A stretch of DNA of 63,986 nucleotides, filler included. It is 5 parts of 5 records of this genome, joined end to end, with 100 filler letters (N's around TTAATTAATTAA, not from the genome) between each part and the next. Parts side by side here need not be neighbours in the genome. Positions count along the whole stretch, not along the records: positions 46,197 to 57,050 come from DRR378314_922; positions 57,151 to 63,986 come from DRR378314_971; 3 more parts are not named here. One strand, given 5' to 3'. Under the pieces are notes generated by a model that was not told the DNA's origin, made no database searches, and saw nothing but the letters and a program-made list of their open reading frames with translations. The translations under genes and the position numbers were made by a program. Positions within the stretch are counted from its first letter, which is position 1. Each line of letters begins with the position of its first letter. Positions 53,836 through 63,986 of this stretch are shown one piece after another.

Positions 53836-56800
53836 CAAAGCTCCCTTGCCACCACGCAGTCGGAGCAAGGACAACGGCTCGATGAAGCCAAAGGTGTCGT
53901 CAAGCACCAGGCGTTCCACATGAAGCGGGCGCTCGATCAGAACGATTTTCGAGCGGCTCTGCGTCATGCGTCGAGTATGATCTGCGAGCTCCGCACGTCG
54001 CTGCTGTCGCCAAAGAACTACTACGAGCTGTACATGCTCGTCTTTGACGAACTGCGCCACCTAGAGTCGTTCTTCCTCGATGAATGGAAGGGAGGCAAGA
54101 GTATGGCGTCGCTGTACGAACTCGTGCAGCACTCTGGGAACATTCTCCCGCGGTACGTTGGGCAATCGCCTCGAAGAGCTACGTATAGCGTTTCAGGGCG
54201 CCTGCTGCAAGGACGCGGGAGCAGGAGCTCAGCCACGCTGCTCGTCAGAGGGAGAGTTCGCCGCCGCTGTGCTCGTGATAGGCTGCGTGGCACGTGCTCG
54301 TGCCAAACACCGGCGATGGGCTTTCTCGCGCACATCTAGCGCAAAGTCCGTCCATGGACTTTAAAGGCATGTTTTTATGGTAACAGGATCTTTGAAGGGA
54401 TTTTATGGTGCGGGTAGCAGTCGGACGCGCGCGCGCGCGCGTTCTTGGTGCCTTGCGTCCTCTCCTGGGCTGGACGGTGTGGCGCGCTCGGTAGTCGAAC
54501 CGCGAGGCTTCCTCTTTGTTCACTCTGGCGCTACGCCGCAAGAACGCGCGAACTGATTTCTGGCTAGTTTCACAAGGACCACAAGTTGGACAAACAAAAT
54601 TTTCTTTCATGTTAGGATCGGGTTGGTTCTTACTCCGGCTGTATCGTGCCTGCGTGTGATGCCCTGCCGTGGTGCTTGTAGTCTGTATCTCCTTATCACT
54701 ATTGGAAGTGTGTACATCCGGTCCAAGCAAGCTCCTGCTCGTGATATTCTGAAGGATCTTGTCGAGATGTGTCGTGGCGTGCAGCACCCAACACGGTACG
54801 TTTCTGAGCTCTGTATTCCAACTCTTGTTCCTAAAATCATTTGCAATGAATCCCGCGTGCGCTGTGGTTCTCGCGTGGGGAGGGGCACTACCCAGCCGTG
54901 TGCGCGTTTCTGGGCCTGTTTCGCTTGGGCTGCTCGTCCTCGCGTGATATAAGCTTACAGGCGAATCCCGCCCCCGCACGTTTGCTTGCGTGCGTCAGCG
55001 ACTGCCCTTGCTGTAACTGCTACCTTAATTCCATGGTTAGGCGTTGCTGCATGCAACTTGCATTGCTTTCATTTGCTGCCGACGGCCATTGGCGTTGAAG
55101 TCGACAAAGGCCCGTGAATATGGCTACGCGACGCAAGGGACTGTCCTTGTGTCGCTGTTGACATCGCCGTTGTGGGTCCGCGACGGGGCACCTGTCGAAG
55201 CAGCGCAGTGATATTCATTGTTTGGCATTCATGCTACCCCGTGGCGCATGCCAATGGCTCTGGCTGCCAATTGGGCGTTTGTTTGTTTTTGCGTCGTATT
55301 TTGACCTGATTGTCGCAATGCACGCAGACAATGGTTTTCGTCCCCTCTCGCTCATTCTTCTCCTGTGCACGTTTCTGTCGTTTTTCCAGTGGTCTCTTTG
55401 TACGAAATTACCTCTCTCAGCTGTGCAAGGACAAACTTCCCGACTTTGGCTCTGAGTATGAAGGTCCCGGAGGAACTGTGCGCGACTCGATTGATTTTGT
55501 GTTGCAAAACTTTTTGGAGATGAACAAGCTGTGGGTGCGCATGCAGCACCAGGGATCGGTCAAGCTTCGCGAGAAGCGCGAGCGTGAGCGTGAGCAGCTC
55601 AAGTTGCTGGTCGGCACGAACCTGGTGCGACTTTCGCAGCTGGAAGGGGTCGACCTGAATGTGTACAAGCAGACGGTACTTCCACGGGTTCTCGAGCAGG
55701 TCGTTAGCTGCAAGGATGTGATTGCCCAGCAGTATCTGATGGACATCATCATCCAGGTGTTCCCGGACGAGTATCACCTGGCGACGCTCGAGTCCCTGCT
55801 CAACACATGCACGCAGCTACAGGGAGGTGTAGACTCCAAAGCGATCCTCGTATCGCTCATGGATCGCCTGGGATCGTTTGTTCGCGAGAATCCCGACAGT
55901 GTTCCGGAAGGACTGCAGATGTTCAAGGTATTCGGAACGCATGTGGCAAACGTGACGACGTCGGCTGGCTCGGCAATGGACGTACCGGGCATTTTGGAGC
56001 TGCAGACTGCGCTTGTCAACTTTGCAATCACGTGCTACCCGGAGAAGCTCAATTATGTCGACCAGGTCATGGCCTTTGTCTCCCAAGTGTTTGATCGCAT
56101 TGGGATCACGTGTGTGGAGGACCCGAAGAGCGTGCGCCTCCTTGTCAAGTTGCTCACTACGCCGCTCGAGTCCTGCAAAGATACGCTGTTGGTCCTGAAT
56201 CTGGAGAATTGGCCGCGCCTTTTGCGCTACGTTTCGTCTTCGACTGGTCGCCAAGTCGCCGTGTCGGCTATCAAGAACCTCCTGAAGACGCACACGCACA
56301 TCACGGACGTGGGCACGGTGGAGAAGCTCTTCGATTTCATTGGCCCACTCGTTGCCGATGCGCAGCCGGATAGCGATACCACCGATCCGGTCGACGAAGA
56401 GTTTGCCGAAGAGCAGAACATGGTCGGCGCTCTCGTGCACCTTTTCACGAACGATGACACCGATGTCATGTACAAGATGGTCGCTGTGGCGCGCCGGAAC
56501 TTTGGTCGTGGCGGTGCAGCGCGCGTTATCCATACGCTGCCTCCGCTCGTATTCAAGGTGCTCATGCTTGCGCGCGCAATTAATAGCGCCGAGGCTTCGG
56601 AGTCGCGCAAGGTAGGCGCGCGAAAGGTGTTCCAGTTCTGTCACGAGACGGTCACCGCTCTCTCCGCCTCGGCGCCGCGCACGTCGCTGAACCTCTTCCT
56701 GCAGTGCGCCTCAGCCGCCGCAGAGTGTGGCTACGACACGATTGCCTACGAGTTTGTCACGCAAGCGTTCGTGTTGTACGAGAATGAGCTTTCGCACGAA

Positions 56801-56935
56801 GATGAGCGCATTGCCGCTGTGCAAGTTATCCGCGGAACCCTCCATCGCTTGCGAGTCTTCAACGAGGAGGATTACACGACGCTCATCACCAAGGCGACGC
56901 AGTACTCGGCGAAACTCCTCAAGAAACCAGATCAG
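53836..56935 (+). CDS. VPS35: Retromer subunit VPS35 (first exon not located, 3'-truncated)
   Basis: Exons 53836-54152, 54682-54795, 55390-56935 give [59 protein letters not shown] and KLLKKPDQ. Confidence 0.95.
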
Positions 56936-57050
56936 GTACGACGTTGTGCGCGCACACGATCTTGCCTTGATTTCGAGCTCCGTTCCCCGCGAGTGGTTCT
57001 ATTTGCATGAATCGCTGCCAAGGGGAAATGGTTGGATCATACGGAAGGCT

Positions 57051-57150
57051 NNNNNNNNNNNNNNNNNNNNNNNNNNNNNNNNNNNNNNNNNNNNTTAATT
57101 AATTAANNNNNNNNNNNNNNNNNNNNNNNNNNNNNNNNNNNNNNNNNNNN
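57051..57150. other. Artificial contig linker
   Basis: N44-TTAATTAATTAA-N44. Confidence 0.97.
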
Positions 57151-57176
57151 GAGAGAGAGAGAGAGAGAGAGAGAGA
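57151..57176. repeat. (GA)n microsatellite at contig end (intronic)
   Basis: Read directly. Confidence 0.9.
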
Positions 57177-57182
57177 ACGCAC

Positions 57183-60100
57183 CTTAGCAACATGATGAAA
57201 AACAGAATAGCAAACACCGTTGATCCAGGCAATAATGATATTCCCTCAGGAAATACGACAAAAGCTAGTCCGGGACCGCCTTCAGCAACTTTATCCACGT
57301 CTTTGCCTTGTACTTCGGCCATGTGTCCTATTATGGCGAATACAGCTGCGCATTACCACAAAAGGGAAGCGGATTGAAGAAATATCCACACAGGAAGTCA
57401 GCGCGCTCTGGAGTCCCAGAAGCAGCGGTTGTCGCTTTTTGGAACGCTACATTCCGCGTCTCTGAAAGAAACCACCGCAAAAAAGAAGGAAGTATGCGTA
57501 CCGAATCCAGCGAATACGCTACAGAATGAATTCGCAAGGGCGATGATTCCTGCATTTCCCACAATATTCGCATCAGGGGGATTGTAGCTTCCATAGCTGA
57601 TCATGACTCCCGTAGCTGCAAAGAAGATGGCGAAAGCATAATCACCATGTACAGCACCCCCCCCAGGTAAAGGTCGTCAAAAAGTTCTCCATCGTACTTA
57701 AGCAACCGAAAAACACTCTTCACTCTCTTTCAAGCGCAAACGAAATACTCTCATTGCGTAAACGAACGAGACAAACATGCAGCTGTGGGTCTTCGCTGCG
57801 CAAGAAGGGAAGCACGCGTCTCGTTCCCTATTCGAACAAGAAGATCGCGCGACAAGTGGCAACATAGTCGCACAGACACGCACATATGGAAAGGGAGAGG
57901 AAAATCTGCGACGAAGCAGATATCCAAATACCCGGATCAGCTAGAAGACTGAAGTCCGGCTCCAGGTAAAACGAGATTCCGTTTCCAGCGCCCGAGAGCA
58001 TCGCTCCTCTGCGCGACAACCCAAGCAAGACGCGAAGCAATAGATCGGGAGTCGGGGCATTCAGTACATCAATCTTGGGCGCACGAAAAGAGGAGAAAGG
58101 CTTGCGAGAGCTGACAAAAAGCCAGGAGAACAGAGTGCAGAAGTGTAACTGCGGTGCAGAGTACTTGAGCAGGGTCAGCGCGCTGCGATGAGGTGCGTGC
58201 GTCCTATAGAAGATGCACGAGCCAGCACGGGAGGAGGAGCGACATACAGCTCCACCCAGGTAGCGAAAAAGAACATTATGCACACCGAGTACCCGATACA
58301 TGTACGAAAATCACAAGTTGTGATCATGCATATACATAAATGCAAACGATGGAGCATCGCATAGATGTGCGAAGTCGTACCTGATGAGCAGAATCGTGAG
58401 TAGAACAAACGGCAGTGGCATCATGACGAGAATAACCTGCGTTCCGCAGCATCAGATGAACAGGAAATGACACCGCGAATCACGAAGGACGTGCTTGAGA
58501 CAGTAGAGAAAAGAATATCGCGCGGGCACGGTGTATGCACCTACTGTTATTGCAAGCGACTTGGTGTATAGCTGACGTGTTGGCATCGGCAAAAAAGATC
58601 AATCGCCCCGCACAGGTGCGAGAAGTGGAGCAGAGCAAACGCCGGGTGTCGCTGCGACACGCTCGAAGCCGACCTGCGCTTGGCGAGACATTTCTCGCTC
58701 GAGCAGCATTAACGGGTGAATGACAGAGTACGCGGATCAACGGAAGTCACACTCCTTCACCGATCCATAAAGGGACACAAAAGCACGAAATCAATACTTG
58801 CAGGCAACAGTATTTGCTCCAGACACGCCAGAATGTGTGCAGATGGAATGTACTGGTCACCGCCGTGGAACTCGGGTCACAGCGCAGGGGAGTGCGAAGC
58901 GCTCTCCATCACTGAGGTACGTTTCCGTCGTGCCACATCATTTCTGAAAAGGTGCGGAAAGTAGACATTCCTCTATGTACCTTTTCGACACTTTTTGTGC
59001 CTTTGCAAACGCAGAGGAATACAAGGATCCACGAGAGAAGCAGAGCGCCGACGATCTCACCCTGCACGCCTGCACAAAGGGAAGCAACGCACGTGGCAGA
59101 ACGCGGAAAGACAGACAGCGTCTCAAACGTAATTTCCAAGCACTGTGCACTTCCTCTACCAGCGCAGGAAACCAAGCCGATACAAGCGCTACACATGCAG
59201 AGAACAAAGAAAAAGAAATTATCACAGAATCCCCCATTTCCTCGTGCCAACGTACCTCCGAACTGCTCAATGCTTTTCGTCTTGTGGAGAACGGAGTGGT
59301 CAAAGTATCCCTGCGAGTCGTCCGCCCATGGCAAATCGCTCGAAAACGAACGGAAAAGGTAGATGATTGCCCAAGCCAGCACCACGTTGTAGTATGTGAC
59401 TAAGATGAAGGCTGCGCAGTGAACAAGGAAACCCCCGCCCCCCAAGTACGCGGATTCATGGCGGGAAACGTGAGAGTGTGCGTGTACATAAGTTGGCGCC
59501 GCACTTCGCCCGAGGGAGCACAAGAAAGACGCCACGAGAGCTCTCGCAGCGCCAAAGCCGCAGCAGCACGTGCAAGCTCGGTCGCATGTCATACCACACG
59601 AAGCGTCATTGTAGCAGATGGCACTTAAAAATGCGAGTCCAGCGTCAGCAGTCGGCGCTGGCGTGTTTGCCAACTCGGCGCCTATTTGGCGCAGCAGTCC
59701 GGAGCAAGCCCGACCCTATCTGAGCTCGCACTGTGACACGACGACGATCCCGCCTTCTGCCCAACCGATTGCAAGAGGTGCCCATACAGTGGCAACTTGT
59801 AGCGTATGTCGATTGATACTAGGTTCAAGTATGGATTTTCATGGAAATGTGATTCTCGGCGCAGCGGCTGCAGCGTACATGAAAGCACTTCGATCCAGCC
59901 GAGCGCGCGGAACTGCTGTCGGATCCGGCCGAGTGCGCGAACAGGACCAGCCTGGAACTTCTGCCCGAGAGAAAGCTCGAGAACCAGGACCGGCAGTCCG
60001 ACAATAAAGACTGCAAAGAGATCTGCAGTGGAATACAGTGGCAGTATCCAGACGCGAAGCGGGCGCGTGGCCAGAAGTGTGGCGAATGAGAGCGACGGGG

Positions 60101-60764
60101 CGCGCGCGTCCCGAGCCAGCAGTTCTTGTGTCGTACCGTGATTGACCAAGGTCAAGACTTCTTCTCCCATAGCACGCACGCCAAACAGTATGTGCAGCAT
60201 TCAGCTGTCGGTGATAATGTCAAGTGGTCGGGACAACGCAGCCAACGTACAAGGAATAAAGAATGCGCCGCCACCGTTCTTGTACGCGAGGTAAGGGAAT
60301 CGCCACACGTTCCCAAGGCCGATTGCCGAGCCGATAGCTGCGAAGAGGAAAATAACGCGCGAGCTCCACTGCTCGCGTGGCACATGCGTCTCTATTTCAA
60401 TGTCTGTAGCAAAGAGCCATTGCAACAGGAAAGGACCAAGGTGTATGTTGGAAACAAAACTGATGCGAACTTTGCAGTCGGGACGCTAGGCGCACTGATA
60501 AGAAGCGGGAAGAAGAAAGCAGCCGGGCGAATGGCATTTCCAGCAGCTGCAACGCTGCGTTGACGACAACAGTCACAACGCCCGCAGTGCAAATGCGGCC
60601 TCTGTCGCGCCCGCGCAACCCGCGCACAGAAGCATGCTTTCAGCCATCTTCTTCCGCGTTAAAAAATTCACCACACGGCAAAAGTGCGAGCGTGAGGCCA
60701 CGGGAAAATGCGCACCTCCATCTGTGGCTTCGTCTCGCGTGAGCGCGACGTGGCTGTCATCCAT
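57183..60764 (-). CDS. SLC6/NSS sodium-dependent transporter, intron-containing, 3'-truncated
   Basis: [58 protein letters not shown] and [11 protein letters not shown]. Confidence 0.92.
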
Positions 60765-61115
60765 CGTTATCGCGCCGTTTCTCGAAGCAGCGGAGCCTCT
60801 CGCGATGCAATTGCAAAAGTACTGAACGCAGAGTAAATCCACCCCAGTATCGTCACAGAGTTTCTCAACTCTCTTCTTCCTTCGATCGCAAGTCCGCACT
60901 CACAAACTGCACAGCCAACCAACAGCGAACAACGTCTGTGCAGGAGAAGAAGGACAGTCCGCCTCGAGCGAGAGCGCCATCGCGCTCTGGCTGTCCCCGC
61001 TCGGGTGTAGGTTGACATAATAGGGTCAGCAGATGTGATCGTGGGAGGAAGTTGGCTCCTGCGTCGTAGGCTTCTCCGCCTCGCCGCTGCGCTTTTTATT
61101 CCGTGCGCACCAGCC

Positions 61116-61929
61116 ATGCTTTCCGCGCGCCACCGGAGTGGAGTGCTCTCTCTTTACAAGCGCGTTATGCGCGCTATTCCAGCATACTGCTCCTCGCCAG
61201 GTTGGTTGCAAACCTTGCGCGCTTCTCTGCTATTCCTCGTTGTACACCCTGGCCTCGACGCTGTATTCACTGCTGGAGGGGGAGCTGCGCGTCCGCTCAC
61301 AAATGCCGCGTGGGTTTGCCTGTAACATGTCCGCCTCTATCATATCGTTCTGCATATGTTTCTGTCGTTCATTGGTGAAACAGGAGTACGAGATTTTCTA
61401 TATCGCGAGCTGCAACAAGATCTGGCGAAGCAGGGCGCTCCCGCGGAGAGTCTCGCTGCGCTCGAGAACGAGGTGCGCAGCAGCGCGCAGCGCGTTGACT
61501 CTGCGCGCCAGCTCCAGCGCCAGCCCGCGAACGTGCCTGCGCGATGCTGAAATGCTGCAACATGGCTCGTGCTCGTTGCCGCTACTCCAAACAGATCAAT
61601 ACTCCAGACGGACAAGCGTATATTGAATCTGTGACGAAGTCCGAGATTCGTGGCCTTTTCCGCATGCAGGCCGGGGAGACCGATCCCAAACTCGCCGCGC
61701 AGCTGTTGTCAAAGGGCGAGGAAGAGGTGCGTTTCGCTTCCATGTTTCCGCAGCTGCGCTGCGCCAGTGCTAGATAGCTCGCTCGTTGGCGCGTGCGTTC
61801 TTTCTGATTTTTTTTTTGAATTCAATGGCTGATACTTTACTCACTGTGGTGTCTGCGTTGCAGCTGCACTTGACAAAGATCAAGATCATCGACGGCAAAG
61901 CGGGGATGATTTACAGTGGACCGAGATGA
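61116..61929 (+). CDS. LYR-motif (Complex1_LYR-like) protein, 123 aa, 4 exons
   Basis: Exons 61116-61200, 61384-61472, 61595-61726, 61864-61929 are phase-consistent; VLSLYKRVMR and EIRGLFR...ETDPKLAAQLLSKGEEEL. Confidence 0.75.
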
Positions 61930-62188
61930 TCTGTATGCGCACTCGCTGGACAAGCGCTCGCTTGTACCATAGTCTGCTTTCCAGCCGCGCCGTGTCCACA
62001 AGTCAGAGACCTTCCACGACACAATGCAAAGAATACACGCTCTTTGTGCAGGTATATATTTTTGAACCGGTTTCCAAACCAAGAAAAAAAGGGATAGGGA
62101 CACGAAATAGAGATCTCGATAACAGAAATACCGACGGGGCGCAGCGCGGTTCGGCGGCGTTCAACACTCGGCCCCGCACGCACGTGTG

Positions 62189-63810
62189 TCACAAATATAG
62201 AGCCAGCGCGGCGAAGCCACGCATAACACAGCCCGAGAAGCCTCGCTTAGAGCTCATCGTGCTTGTCCACGGTCGAGGCAGTTGCTTTCTCCTCTGAGTC
62301 TTGCTCATCCGCTCTGGCAGAAGTGTCGCCTGCAAAGCGGAGATGCAGCGCCGCGTGCAGCCCGCACCCGCAGAACGGCAATCAAGTGGCATTCTGGTGA
62401 GTACGACGCTCGAGTCGCAAATAGACCCTTGCGGCGAGCAATGCCCCGGTGACAGAGTGGTGTCTCCCGGCAAGCGCAGCCGTCGTATTTCTCCCTTTCC
62501 TCGCGCGCTCGTGTCTACTTGGCTCGCATATGCGCACGGCGTGCGAGAGCAAACGTGGAGGGAGCAACGTACGCTTCTTGAGCTCGGCAACTTCGGCATT
62601 GAAGACCTCTTTGCTGATGTGGCCCTTGCTGCGCAGCATCTCCAGGAGTGCAATGCTTGACTCGATATTGTCTGAAGCTGTGCCCGGGAAATGCAGCGAC
62701 CAGTACAGCACAGCGAAGCGCGCACATTTGCTCAGCCACCAAACTTGAATTCAGCACGGAGCAGGACCGACAATAGAAGGAGCGAGCTCTAAACGCACAC
62801 GAATAGCGCGTCGGAAAATGCGCGCCTCGTAGAGAGCAGCGCGCAGTCTCTGCCTTGCGTCTCTCTCACTTTCTTCTCTGCACCGGAAAATAAGATGAGC
62901 TCCGTGCGCCATAAAAAAATCGGTAGAGGGGGTGGCGCGCGCGCGCGTGTAACGTACGTCCACTAGAGTCTTCTCCTTCCGCCACATCTGCACCGTCGCC
63001 ATAGGCAGAGCTCTACAAACGCCACACGCAGAAGTAGGTATTTGCACACATGAAAAAGGTATCAGTGACAGAACGTACGGCTGCCAGGGGCTTTCTTGTT
63101 TTTGCGAAGAACGGGTTTGCGCCGAATTTCTGGCAGTCGATCTCTTGCAACGGCAGCTCATACCCTCCAAATGCCATTCCGCGTCCACGCGAACCTCTTT
63201 GCTCCATAACAGAGCACAAACCGCCTTGGTTCCAGCATGAGCGTCACCTAGCACAGCGCAGGGCTTACAGGCTGGTTTCGCGGAACGTACTTCCAGACTG
63301 TCCCATGCCGGAGCGCGGTCTTCGTTATCAGGCCACGCCGGCGGGTCGAACGCGTTCTTTGCCGCTTTGGCGAGGAACTGGACGAGTTTCGCCCCCGGAT
63401 AGCGCTCTTCCTCGCTCGCGATGCTCAGCGAAAACTCTGCGCAGGCGTGACGGACAGCGGAACAAGCGCCGATCGCCGCATTGTTTCCAACGCGCAGCGC
63501 AGGGAGGAAGAAACGCATCAGCACAGTCAAGGAGGAGAGAGGAAATGTGGAAGAAAACCGCAGAAAGTCGAGCGCGATGGGGACAGACAGGCCCATCAGA
63601 TACACAATGGTGCAAAGAAGCAGCGCTCTGCGACTACTTCCGCACAAAGGCAACTCATGCGACAATCGCACGCAGTGCATACTGGACAAAGCAGTCTATA
63701 GCCGACAGAACGAGGAGTTTCCGCTTGGGAAGTATCACAGTAAACGGAGGATAGATGCAAAAGCAGCTCAAGCGCGTATACTTGCTCGCCTTTCGGCGCA
63801 ACGGAGACCC
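62189..63810 (-). CDS. Possible intron-containing hypothetical gene, partial; structure unresolved
   Basis: Protein-like segments bounded by AG/GT (SIASEEERYPGAKLVQFLAK; IESSIALLEMLRSKGHISKEVFNAEVAELKK); no family recognised. Confidence 0.3.
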
Positions 63811-63894
63811 TTGAAGTGGAGACGAACGCGCGCAGCAATCACCGGGACAGTCGGGGAAGCGAATGAATGGCCCAGCCAGAAGCATAACAATGCA

Positions 63895-63986
63895 AGAAAG
63901 GGAGAAGAAAGCGCGAAGAAAGGGAGAAGAAAGGGAGAAGAAAGCGAGAAGAAAGGGAGAAGAAAGGAAGAAGAAAGGAGGAAGAA
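63895..63986. repeat. Purine-rich imperfect tandem repeat (unit about GAAGAAAGGGA)
   Basis: Read directly at the window end. Confidence 0.85.

Noticed and set aside
59700-59790. [13 protein letters not shown] as a duplicated alternative SLC6 exon
   Set aside because: The flanking exons already join in phase, and this frame runs into a stop without convincing splice sites.

Overview
This window is not one locus. It joins five unrelated contigs with artificial N44-TTAATTAATTAA-N44 linkers. (1) 1-23406: an AT-rich Flavobacteriaceae-like bacterial contig with carbohydrate-active enzymes, a RES-Xre toxin-antitoxin pair flanked by degenerate direct repeats, an Lrp-tdh-kbl threonine catabolism module and an IS110 scar. 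(2) 23507-36350: a GC-rich, intron-rich eukaryotic contig with a DUF4203/TMEM198-like gene and a convergent gene whose 12 phase-consistent exons encode an S1-S4 voltage-sensor domain fused to a SHIP-like PH / inositol 5-phosphatase / C2 core. This is a candidate voltage-sensing phosphatase that does not use the PTEN fold, and is the top finding. (3) 36451-46096: a Rhodobacteraceae-like contig (rplY, lldD, trpA, ychF, PagL-like, orphan hybrid kinase, nucleoside hydrolase). (4) 46197-57050: a eukaryotic contig with an F-box/LRR gene containing a VHL beta domain, and VPS35. (5) 57151-63986: a eukaryotic contig with an SLC6/NSS transporter, a divergent LYR-motif gene and a partial unknown gene. 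All calls come from reading motifs and splicing by hand; no searches were run.
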